NCBI RefSeq assembly: GCF_002113885.1
Contig: NW_018404575.1
Span: 4,725 to 64,794, forward strand
Source: Mizuhopecten yessoensis
Taxonomy: Eukaryota
Direction of reading: 5' to 3'
DNA: 60,070 nt
The notes under the pieces are model-generated. The model saw nothing but the letters and a program-made list of their open reading frames with translations. It made no database searches and was not told the origin of the DNA. Below, piece after piece: positions 48,459 through 60,070 of this stretch. Position 1 is the first letter of the stretch. Each line of letters opens with the position of its first letter. The position numbers and the translations under genes were made by a program.

Positions 48459-51400
48459 AAAAGGGAGATCGTGGAGCGCGTCATACTGCACTATAGATAA
48501 AATGCCAGATTAGTCTCAATCCCGAAAACCTGGACAACGGCATGAACGAGTCCATCAAAAAGATATATCCCTCTTTCCTATAATATCAGAGACAGGGAAG
48601 TAACTGGAATCTCGACAAGGTTCTCAAAACTCAAATACATATAGTCCGTTACCAACCCATGCAGGCCTCTAGTTACATCTCTTCCGATTGAGTTGAGAAC
48701 TAAACAAGCCATCGTCAGTGTCTAAACTAACGACAAGAAATGTGTCATGTTGTCGGTGTTGGCTGTATACATTCGGCCAAAAATCATCCCGAGCGCGTCA
48801 GTAAATAAAAAAATCAAGAGATCGAGCTCAATTTCACAGGAATCTCATTTCCTGTGTTCATGGCCGACATACCCAAGTTTTAGACAGAAAAAAAAACATA
48901 TCCGTCTAAGACATGGAGTATGAAAATTGTTTCCCATGCACGTCACTAAACAGCGGTTTGATAGGCACGTCGACTTGCTCATAATAGCCAACCGAAAAAG
49001 TCGCCTTACTATTGGATGAAAAACGCGGATCGGTACATAGAGAGTCGAACTTCCTAAATAGAATGACATATGGTTATTCTACAAAGACTTCAGGAAACAA
49101 ATAAATGCGCCATACATCATCTATGCCGATTTCGAATCGTTTCAAGTACCAATATTCGGATGTTGTAAAGACCCGAATGTAAAATACACAAATAAACGAC
49201 GCAGCACGTGCATTCCTGTAGTATTTCACAATTTGACGATTCACACCTTATCATACAGTCCATAGAGAAAAAGTCCAAAACAAAGAGAATATTTGCGTAC
49301 CAAACATTATGGAGAAATATATATATATCTCCTTCTCATTTGGGTGTATGGATATAGTCGATATCTTGCTCCAAACCTCTTTTGATAAACTGATGATTAA
49401 TCTGGTTAAAGAAGAAAGTGTAAAGTCTAAGCATATGGCCCTACATTTCGGCAAAGACCATCTCGATTTGTTGTTGCAGAAACAAGTTTACCCATGCGAA
49501 TATTTTGACGGACCTCATAGGTCTCATGAAACATATCTTCCACCATAACAATTGTTCAATAGTAGTTTGTCTGGAGAAAGATCACACAAGAGGCATCCGA
49601 CCACGCCCAGTCTGTCTGAAACAGTTTTCAGATAATGCATTTCAGCAAATATTCTTACCTCGGTGTTCTATCAGATACATTGGGCTTAGCTGACGTCTTT
49701 GTCAATCCGTACGGTCTCGATTCAGCTAACGTTTACAAGTCTCCGGGCCTAGTATGACAAGCGGCACTTAAAATGACGGGCGTTCAGCTCGAACTCCTGG
49801 CAGAAATCAATGTCCATTTGTTTATCGAGAAAGGCCTCCGCGGTGGTATAGTTATGATAACGACTATTGTTGGCTAAACGATATAGAAAGAAAAACAATT
49901 GACATAGACCTCAACACGGAGAGGAGAAAGATGACCTAAAACTAGTTCGAAAAGGATTTCTACAAGTTGATAAATCACAGCGTCTTTGAAGAGACCATGG
50001 AGAACCTGAGAAAGCCAGTGAGCGCAAAAACCAGTAAATAGTGTAAAGCGAGCTCATAAACTCAAACTGCAAACCGTGATTCCACGCCACAATATATTGT
50101 CAGACCTCATGGCCATGTATACTTGTTTATACTTGAATCGACCTATCTAGGTAGTCTTTGTCATCCTAGACATCTTGAAAACCGTGATGTATGATTTCCA
50201 CTACAACTACGTCAAGGGAAAGTATGGAGAAAAAGCAGCAACCATTCTGTTCACTGACACCGATATTTTGGCATATGATGTACAGACAGAAGACGTCTAC
50301 GAGGACATGCTACATGACCACTACCTGATAATATTACAAAGAACACCATATAGACAGTGTTGCTTACACGAAAGTCTTGGGAAAGATGAAAGACGAAACA
50401 TTTGGAAACGCGGTCCATGTCTTCATAACATTAAAAAGTAAAATGTATGCTTACGTCTACGACATAACATCTACGAAAGAGAGATAGACGGGTAGGTGGA
50501 CGAAATCGCAACACGTCGAGACTAAAAGAGCCAAAAGCATCAAGAGAAACGTCATTAAGAAACATGCTCGGATCGAAGAATACAACCAGTGTTCCTTTGA
50601 CCGGAAAGTACACAAATCAAACATGACGCAGATCCCGATTTACAACCACAATTTGGACAACGTCAACATTTACAAAATTTGGCTGTCACCCTTCGTGATA
50701 CCGTCGCAGTTAGATCAGGATTTGTTCATTAACCCCTGCAATAGAAACCTTGTCATAATAGACGACATCATCACCGAATCAACAAGTTATTTGCGGAGGG
50801 AGGCCATCATAGTAACTTCGTTTTCGCCATCACACAAAATCTGTATTACAACAAAGATCCTACTCAAAGGAGGAATTGCCACTACCTGGTATTGTTCAAT
50901 AGCCCTATCGACAAACAGGAAGTCATGACTCTGGACAGGCAGATGTACCCAGAAAATGTCCAACATTTAATGAGACACTTCAAAGAAGCTACCAGCCAAC
51001 TGAACGGATATCTCCTCGTCGATTTGAAGCAGTCGACACCAGAATCAGCACGCATGCGCAGTGAAGTATTCAAGGACCAGCCTATACAAGGTGAGGATAT
51101 GGGATTGGAAAGACGTTTCACACCCAGCACTCCGACAGGACATCCGGATTCTACAAAATTGTCAGTGATTGAATAACCAAGAGCAAACATAGCCAGAAAA
51201 CATCCTTTGGACAGTTTTCGACAGAAGAACGTAGTGGAAAAAATGCCTTCGTGTTGCGACTGTGGTCTGATTTTTGACAATATGCTCGATCTGCAGAGGC
51301 ATTTAAAACGATGATATCCGGAGAATATTACCCGTAAAAGAAAACTAGACCAGGAAGAAGTCCGAAGTCCGGCAAAGAGACAGAGGTCGGATTTTTTCGA

Positions 51401-53823
51401 TGGCCCCGATATCTCAGACACTGAGAAGGATTCAGAAGAGGGTGAATACTTCAACGAGATACGCAAAAGAGCAAAGGCTAACAACACGAAAATGGTGTGA
51501 GAAGGTAGAAAAAATATGAGGAGAATGTACACTGAAAGAAAGACCCTGTAAGTAAGGCTGATAACAAAATGCAAGAAGAAGATATGATGGAGTGCCTCAA
51601 TTTATATGAGAGAACTGTCGAAATTTGTTTACAGCTAAGAAATGGTTAAATAGACACAAAAACCAAGCAGCCTGTAGAGAGGTACATGCGAAGCGATTAC
51701 AAAACCCTTCCTGTCATACGCATGTCTCTAGGGAAATACAGACACCAGATACAAGAACATTTGTATGATGATGATGATGACGATGATGATGATGATGAAC
51801 CCGCAGATGAGGACAATGACTATGAAGAGGAGGACACTACCTCCGGCAACGACGAGTGATGTTTCTCCCGACCCGACAATCTCTATAGATACGTATGAAA
51901 GGCCGGGAAATAGTCATCAGCAAATATAGGACAAGGAAATGGTTACAACACAGGAAGCATACAGAACAGAACAGTCGTTATTAGGATTGATGACCAATGG
52001 TGTGCCGATCTTATGGATATGGTACCAATCTGGAATGACAATGAGGGATATTCCTGTGTTCTTGTGGTCATCTATGTGTTCTCCTAGATCTTGTGGACAA
52101 TGGTTAAGAAAGCGGTGTCTCTTACCAGCGCCGTTCGTGACATGCATAATGAGGGGAGACAACCGAGAAGGATTTGTACCGACAAAGGGCAATACTGTTA
52201 GGCCAGAGGGGTTCAGGTGATCCTCCGACAGCATGGCATCAGACACCTGTTCGTAGAGACCGAGTTAAAAACAGCAGTCACTGAAAGGGTATTGAAAACA
52301 ATCAATACTCGCATGTACATGTATTTCACACACAGAAGAAACTATGAATGTTTGGAAGAACTCAAATTGTTTGCCGATAGTAACAACAATACCTACCATA
52401 GCACTAACGGCATGGCTCCATCAAAGGTCTTTAAGGCAACGACACCTCTGTCTGGTGGAGAATTTACGAATTTAAGATGTTTGTCTACATACGACGAAGG
52501 TTGTGAGAAATTCGTTTAGGTTCATGATTGACAGATTGACACATCTCCGTAACCCATTTAGCCGTGAATACGACGAGATGTGGACGGGTGAAATATCTGC
52601 CGTGGCAGAAAGGATATTGCGAAGTGGACTACCCGTATATAGGGTTAAAGACTATGACACATGGTGCGCACAGCTGTGCGATTAAACAATCGTTCGTCCC
52701 GTTGTGCGCTTCTTTCCGAACACATGTGAGATTTGGTACAATTGGTTGAACAACATTACGGAAGGAAGAAAATTCGGAACTCTCGTATAGAATAAGAAAC
52801 ACTATATATATATGTATATATATATATAGTTCTCATCAAATTAATTAGGATTATGTTAAATTGTACAATACATGTTACATGTACACAGCATAACAGTGAC
52901 CGTTATACTGTCAATAATGGGTTTATCTCCCAGGTAACAGAACAGGCAAATAACATTTTGATTATTGACAGGAGTTTTACCTAGCATGTGTCTAACAAAG
53001 ACAGCTGATATGTGATACCGTATGACAGTTATGAAAACACAACTGGACGTTAAGTATTTGGTATTTGCATTCGGTTTGGTCTATAGCTCCTCTTTATCTG
53101 GTTTTCACACTTTCGCAAGTTACGTAAATGCCCCGGGTTGAGAAAACTAAAGTACAGGTACAAAGTGGCTATATTTTCCTGGATACGTGACCATGTTGAT
53201 ATGTTTTATTTTAAATATGTCGATTTGTAATCTATTTGATGCCTCTTATAATGCAAAACGAGAAACTGCCATAAGATAATGTGACGCATACTGTTCAACC
53301 CAAATGAAAGCATATGGCATTCACAGACCCGATAGGGAACGCATATGGCATTCACAGACCCGATACAGAGAATTGCTAGAACATGCATACCCCTTAATAT
53401 ACTGTATATAGATATGAACCTGGGCTTGATATGTGTCATCGTATTATCATCTCAGGGTTTTTAATTACACAAATGTATACAAAACAATATCTGAGTCTTG
53501 TTAACAAGGACAAGAACCTTGTTAAAACAAGTACATTGTAAATATTTTTGTTTTTATTTGAATACAAATGTTTAACACACACCTGATATACTGACTACAG
53601 AAGTCGGTCGTTTTACTGTACGGTACATACACGTTGTACTGACTACTGAGGTCGGTAGTCTTTCTGTATAAACACATTGTACTGAAATTTGAAATGAAAT
53701 TAACATGCTCGTGTATACAATACTTTGCTCAATTTCTTTATAACATATTCTGTCTGTACGGTGTTTTCACATTGTGCTGACAACACGTACCAAATTTCTA
53801 CGGAATCAATATATTTTAAAAAA
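48459..53823 (+). repeat. Tandem duplicate of 43048-48458 (Maverick relic copy B: PolB ~48520-50695, ATPase ~50697-51085, integrase ~51860-52660, plus host flank)
   Basis: Identical or near-identical ORFs recur at offsets 5411 (43434/48845) and 5361 (46556/51917; 47845/53206); the junction lies in a shared AAAA. Confidence 0.93.
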
Positions 53824-53971
53824 CTCGGATTTCATATCTCTCCTATGGATGCAACACAAAATATAGTCCAATTGTTTTACAATTGTATTTATTGTGTTGT
53901 AAAGCTATAGGTTCGTTGACTTTTTGAGGAACTGATTCCTGTAGTGTTTACCCGAGCTCTTAATTGTATGA

Positions 53972-54082
53972 CGTAGTTCTCTGACGTGTGTCTAGTTCAT
54001 GGACATATGTTTGACATTCTGTGAATAATGACCACACAGGTAGATGTTACCTTCCCTGTCCACGTCTACTTTCATAGCTCTC
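53972..54082 (-). pseudogene. Short degenerate TRIM propeller relic (DVDREGNIY..THVREL); second partial copy at ~54520-54585
   Basis: tagatgttaccttccctgtccacgtcta matches the coding sequence of the full copies. Confidence 0.7.
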
Positions 54083-55041
54083 CTTGTTATTACTTACTTG
54101 GTTTTATCAAACATTTATCTATATATGTGAATGTGTTTTAGTCGTTCTCATGCTATGTCGATAACACCACACGAAAATAAAGATATAATCAGGTGGTGTT
54201 TATTCATTCATTTTATAAATCACGTATAACTATCAATACACTAAACATACTATTTATATGTATATATAATATAAAATAAAGATAAAACAATCAATGTATT
54301 TCAAATATATGATTGTATTTGTTTAGCTTTGTTATAAAGCTATAGATTTTACACAATCACACTAAAACATTGCTAAACATTTTGAGAAACTGAATTCTTT
54401 TGTGTTACCACCAGCTCTTTAAAGTCTGAAGTACAATTTATATAAATCTATGCACGGTGTGTATTCTGTCGTTACGATATACGCCTACATTCTAAGTGTT
54501 CAGCACACATTGTTTTACGCTGTGTGAATAATGATCACACACATAGATGTTACCTTCCCTGTCCACGTCTATTTCCATAGCTCTTCTTGTTATTACTTAC
54601 GTGGTTGTATCAAACATTTATCTTTATATGATTTTATAATCGTTCTCACGCTATGTCGATAACACGCATATCTATTGGTTTTATAATTCACATGGAAACA
54701 AAGATATAATCAGGTGGTGTCTATTTACTCATTTTATAAAGCACGTGTACTAATTATCAATACACTTAACATACTTTGTACAAATGATAAGTAATACAGA
54801 TAAAACAATGTAATTTAAGTATCTGATTTGATTTGATTTGCTTTGTTGTACAGCTATAGGCTGTACACAATCACACTAAAACGTCCTAAACATTTTGAGA
54901 AACTGATTGCTTTTGTGTTTACACCAGCTCCTAATTGTCTGAGGTAAAATTATATAAATCTATGCACGGTGTTTATTCTGTCTTTACGATGTGCACCTAC
55001 ATTCTTAGTGTTCAGCACACATTGATTTTCGTTTATCTTAA

Positions 55042-55198
55042 TTAGTACAGCTGAAAGACACGGATAAAGTTATCGCCTGTAGTACCAGTACTAGTTACCA
55101 CAAATGTGTCACCACAAACAGATATTGCATGTGGAGATTGAATTCCATCTGATGACGTCAACAGTTCCCTGACGCATGTTCCGTCCCAAGACATCTGT
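55042..55198 (-). pseudogene. TRIM 3'-end fragment (last ~52 codons)
   Basis: QMSWDGTCVRELLTSSDGIQSPHAISVCGDTFVVTSTGTTGDNFIRVFQLY-stop; homology ends abruptly at 55198. Confidence 0.88.
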
Positions 55199-55273
55199 TG
55201 TAAAGCGCCTTAGAGTAATATTACAAATCATATAGGGCGCTATATAAATGTTGTATATTATCATTATTATTAT
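55199..55273 (+). mobile_element. L2/CR1-group LINE or SINE 3' tail
   Basis: TGTAAAGCGCCTTAGAG...GGCGCTATATAAAT stem-loop followed by a (TTA)n-like tail, the characteristic L2-type 3' end. Confidence 0.6.
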
Positions 55274-57534
55274 ATGAGGAAAAAGCGTGAGACCAAAAAT
55301 GTCAAATTGGGCGGGGTTTGGAAAATTTGTCAAAAATCCATCGATTGAATATTCTAAAAAAATTGAGCAACTGGCACGTTTTAATTGACGTTGAATTTAT
55401 CTATTGATCATAATAACAATTCGTAATTGCCCTTAATAGTTGTTGGGTATCCATTGGACGCCCGTGTTAATATAAAGCTTCAGGAAGGAGAGATGCTCCC
55501 ACTTGTTATAGTGATTGAAAGTGTTCTGCAGACATTTGTATACACGCAGCCACCGGGTGAATGTCCATCTTAATACATAATAAGAAACTGTCACGTGGTA
55601 ATTTGACTGACTTATTCAAACTAATGAGGTCTTGCTGCATCTGTGGCACTGGAAAAGAAATTGTAAAATCATATAACCTGAAATAAACTTTCTTAAAATG
55701 TGATCCTTATATGTGTCATCGTTTAACTATTTCAGGACGAAATTCCAAAGGAAAATACAACACTGTGCTAAATATTACATATGACCTCGGAGACATATCT
55801 TTAACAGGAGGAGGGGGATAATGTTAAAATCAATTATATTTTACCTGTAGTCAACATGAACACAAGTTTAAAGCAGTCAATACGAAGTAATTCAATGTCA
55901 GTTGAATCGATTGTCCCCTTTCCCATTAACATTATCAAGTATTAACATTATTAGTTATGACAATGGTCCTTTCACACTATAATACGTTGTTTTAACCAAC
56001 GCCACCTTTACCCATCGTTTGCATCTATTAACAATTAATACGACCTTACATACACAATGCTATCCGTTATGCTAATAATGTTGTAAATACACAACATGAG
56101 ATATATTCACCAGCAATTACTTTGGATTTAATCCGGAGTGAGATTCCAATGCGACCTTGAAGGCGAGGGTGTGAGTATTAAACATGAAATGTATTAACGG
56201 AACGGGCTTTAAAAGAATTGTCTGGGATATAATGTGTAAATGGTTACTGCGATGGGGTGTAAGTAAACGTTAGTATGTTGTAGTTACGTTTCGGTAGAGA
56301 GGTAGTAATGTGGACGAGGATGGGGCCGATTATGGCGGTAGTATCCTTACCTTGAAAGGGATAGGCGAGGAAAATATGTCCTTTGATAGAAGGTGTTTGT
56401 TATCTTGAATAGGGTCAAACAATAGTCGTCACTAATGAGAGGATGACACAACTGCTACTAATGTCACGGGTAGGGTAATATGTACCTGTGAAAAGGTGGT
56501 GTACGTGTGTATTTGACAGAGATAGAAAGAGGGAGAGAGGGGGTATATTATAACTGAAATGAAAGGTATGGACATTGTAATGTAATATCGGTTCTATAAC
56601 GGCTACTGAACGAGGTCAGAATTGGAACCAACAATCAGAGACAAAACCACATAATATTTGTATTTTGTTCTGTTGTGAAGCACACGTGACCTATTACATG
56701 TGCACCCATCCACACACACATAAATTGTATTGATGTACCTTATCAATACCCAGCACGGTATTATATACGACCACATAAGTGTAGGGTTTGATTTTAATCT
56801 TAACTGCCTGATACCCGACAAATACCGATAACATCCCTAGATAAATGATAAGAAACGCTGTTATATGAACATGTGTCAGCTAAGTATCGTTATGTTATCT
56901 TTTGTAAAATATTGGTCATACACTTTTCTCAAAATTGAATCGGTCTGCTCTCAATAAAAAGTGACAGCTTTGACGTTTCAATTGTTAATACATCGTTAAT
57001 ATTCCAAACATATTTTACAAACAATCCATATTGCCTATACAGGAAAACAGTACCGAAAGTGTATCCAATATTGTCTATCGGAGTTTTCGCTCAATGGAAA
57101 ACTTGAGTTATGCTTTTTTAACAACTTTTATCGGCATGATAATGAATGAGATCATGTATACACTTAGTTCGCTGCACAACTATATTGCCAAATGGCAACT
57201 AAACATAATGAAAGTATTCATAACATGAATATTTGTATAACTGTAAAACAATATGTATTGTGTTAGCTATGAATTATTTCTTTATCATTATACTCTAACA
57301 TTTGGTAGTCACGTAATGTCTGCATTGAAATATATTAATGATACAATGTGCAACTGCGTCAAATCAGGCAAAACCTAAAATATTGTGTAGTTCATTTTTG
57401 TTTCCGACCTGACAGCGACATTAGTACTGTATCTACATGGTACAAAATCCATGATTTGATTACAGAGGTCGATCGTGTATATGTAAGGTAAATATACTTT
57501 GCACTGATAAATAAGGTCAGAACTCCATCTGTTT

Positions 57535-58455
57535 CCTTGTACTGACTAGGGAGACAAATCGACTGTTTGCACGATACATTTTCATTTACTACTGGCGTCA
57601 GCCCTATGTCTGTACGGTACATGGATATTTTATTGGCTACAAAGATCGGTCGTCTGTCTATGGGGTACATGCACCTGGTAATGACTACATATATCAGTCG
57701 TCTGTTTGTGCGATTCATACACCTTGTACTGACTACGGAGGTTGCACGCCTCTCTGTACGGTACATACACATTGTACAGACAACAGAGGTCAGTAGTCTT
57801 TCTGTACGATATATACACCTTGTACTGACTACGGATGTCTGTTGTCTGTCTGTACGCTACATACATCTTGTACAGACAACAGAGGTCAGTAGTCTGTCTG
57901 TACGGTACAAACACATTGTACTTACTACGGGGATCACTTGTCTGTCTGTACGGTACATACACCTTGTACTGACTACGGATGCCTGTTGTCTGTCTGTACG
58001 GTACACATATCATGTACTCACTATATAAATCGGTCGTCTGTCTATATGGTTTATACACCTTGTGCTGACTACAGAGGTTGATCGAATGTCTGTACGGTAC
58101 ATATACCTTTAACTGAAAACGGAGGTATGTCGTCTGTCTGTACGGGACATACTTCGTGTACTGACTACGGATGTCGGTCGTCTGTCTGTACGGTAAATAC
58201 ACCGTGTACTGACTCCGGGGGTCGGTCGTCTGTCTTTACGGTACACACACCTTGTACTGACTACGGATACCTGTCGTCTGTCTATACGGTACATACATTT
58301 TGTACTGGCTACGAAGGTCGGTCGTCCGTCTGTACAAGCACCTTTCACTAAAATTTGAAATTAAATTGCCATTCTCGTGTATACAATACTTTGCACAATT
58401 TCCTTTATGATATATTCTGTCTGTACGGTATATACACCTTGTGCTGACAACACGT
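57535..58455 (+). repeat. 48-bp minisatellite, ~17 units (remnants also at 48225-48325 and 53586-53685)
   Basis: 16-aa periodic translation LSVRYIHLVLTTDVCC / LSVRYIHIVQTTEVSS. Confidence 0.92.
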
Positions 58456-58712
58456 ATTTCAAAAACCATACGTGATTACAATCAATACACTTTAAAAAAC
58501 TCAGAAGATTTCAAATCTCTAATATGGATGTACCCGAAAATATAGTCCAATTGTTTTACATTTTGATTTATTGTATTGTAAAGCTAAATGTTCGTTGATT
58601 GTTTGAGGAACTGATTCCTGTAGTGTTTACCCGAGCTCTTAAATGTCTGATGCATCGTTAAGATATCAGCATTTATTTCAAATACACATTTGTTTTTTTC
58701 ATTTTTACTCCT

Positions 58713-58884
58713 TTAGCACAGTTGAAAGTCCTCTCGTCTCCTCATGGATTAGCCATTCCATCTGATGATGTCAGCAGTTCTCTGACGTGTGTCCCGTCCA
58801 TGGACATAAGTTAGAGGTTGTGTGAATAATGACCACACACGTAGATGTTACCTTACCTGTCCACGTCTATTTCCATAGCTCTCC
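58713..58884 (-). pseudogene. Degenerate TRIM 3' relic with internal deletion
   Basis: GAMEIDVDR.GNIYVCGHYSHN..MSMDGTHVRELLTSSDGM..FQLC-stop. Confidence 0.75.
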
Positions 58885-59338
58885 TTGTTATTACTTACTT
58901 GGTTTTATCAAATATTTATCTAAATATGTGAATGTTTTTAATCGTTCTCATGCTGTGTCCATAACACGCATATCTATTTTTTCATAAACCACATAAAAAT
59001 AAGGATATAATCAGGTGGTGTTTATTTATTCATTTTATAAATCACGTGTAATAATGATCAATACACTTAAGATGCTATATATATGTATATATGATATATT
59101 ATAAAGATAAAACAGTCAATGTAATTTAAATATATGATTTTATTTGATTTGCCTTGTTGTAAAGCTGTAGGTTTCACACACATCACACCTTTTGAGGAAC
59201 TGATTTTTTTTGTGTTTACACCAGCTCTTTATTGTCTGAAATAAAATGTATATAATTGATGCACGGTGTGTATTCTGTCGTTACGATATACGCCTATATT
59301 CTAAGTGTTCAACACACATTGATTTTCCTTTATTTTAA

Positions 59339-60070
59339 TTAGTACAGCTGAAAGACACGGATAACGTTCCTCTCGTCTTTACTACTATTACTAGTTACCA
59401 CAAATGTGTCACCACAAACAGATATAACCCAGGGAGATTGAATTCCATATGATGACGTCAGAAGTTCCCTGACGTGTGCTCCGTCCCCAGCCATCTGTAC
59501 AATGTTGTTTGATTTCCCACCACGCACTTAGATGTTTCCCTCCCTGTCCACGTCTATTCCCCTAGCATCCATCACCACACCGACCGTCATCACATTCGTA
59601 TGGCGTTTGTCAGCCGACAGTCTAGACACCGCAACGTCCCCCGGGGTGGTGTTACTGACACTGACAAGTGTGTCACCCTTTATTGGATCATGAGTGAGGG
59701 ACCAATACATCCGGTTATAATTGTATAACAACTCGGCTGCTCCGTTCTGTGTCACACTGTATAATTCTCCTCCACCTGTACCCACGACAAACTTCCCGTC
59801 TATATGTGCTATACCATAACAGTGTTTACCATTTGACATGTTGATCTCAGATGCTAGGGAGAGTTGTGAGGCCTTGACCTTTACGACACGTACACCACCA
59901 GGCACCTCGACAGCGACAGCCACCGTGTTGTTGTCCACCAGACACATATCCCTGGGACGTCCCCGAACAGTCAACTCGTCCAGGTACTGGCCTTTGTCTG
60001 TAAACAACTTCAGCTTTTGGTTCCAGTAATCACTTACTAATATTTGTGCACATGGTAGGTACACAACACC
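59339..60070 (-). pseudogene. TRIM copy 6 (propeller part; continues beyond the window) with in-frame TAA at 59528-59530
   Basis: GNI-TAA-VRGG aligns to GNIYVCGG (TAC to TAA); the frame continues to FQLY-stop. Confidence 0.85.

Noticed and set aside
50882-51574. 230-aa minus-strand ORF
   Set aside because: Antisense to the ATPase/zinc-finger relic, and broken in copy A.
42062-53823. Active Maverick or intact endogenous virus
   Set aside because: All genes carry stops, frameshifts or deletions; no TIRs, 6-bp TSD, capsid or protease were seen.
57535-58455. 48-bp array as a CRISPR-like repeat-spacer array
   Set aside because: The variable part is only ~11 nt and mutually related, repeats are degenerate, there are no cas genes and the context is eukaryotic.
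57392-58469. ORFs across the 48-bp array
   Set aside because: Same periodicity artefact.

Overview
AT-rich animal DNA, most consistent with a bivalve mollusc (inferred from the TRIM B-box style and repeat types). The window holds a tandem, all-minus-strand cluster of single-coding-exon TRIM E3 ligases (RING, B-box1, B-box2, coiled coil, NHL-like beta-propeller; 659 codons). Three copies are intact (5316-7295, 32465-34444, 37751-39730). One has a single in-frame TGA (18783-20762), one is a frameshifted pseudogene (27476-29422), one is cut by the window edge and carries a nonsense codon (59339-60070), and several 3' relics lie at 54-59 kb. The copies share a predicted 5'-UTR intron, show signs of gene conversion, and vary most in predicted propeller top-face loops. 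A decayed Maverick/Polinton-type element (C2H2 fingers, protein-primed PolB, packaging ATPase, rve integrase) is inserted antisense in the cluster. It is tandemly duplicated (~5.4 kb); the two copies have near-identical ends, a diverged middle and complementary deletions. Also present: a Crypton tyrosine-recombinase relic, a foldback-like structure of two inverted 27-bp arrays, 23-bp and 48-bp minisatellites, a perfect 40-bp hairpin, MITE/Kolobok-like elements and an L2-type 3' tail. All calls come from reading motifs by eye; no searches were run.
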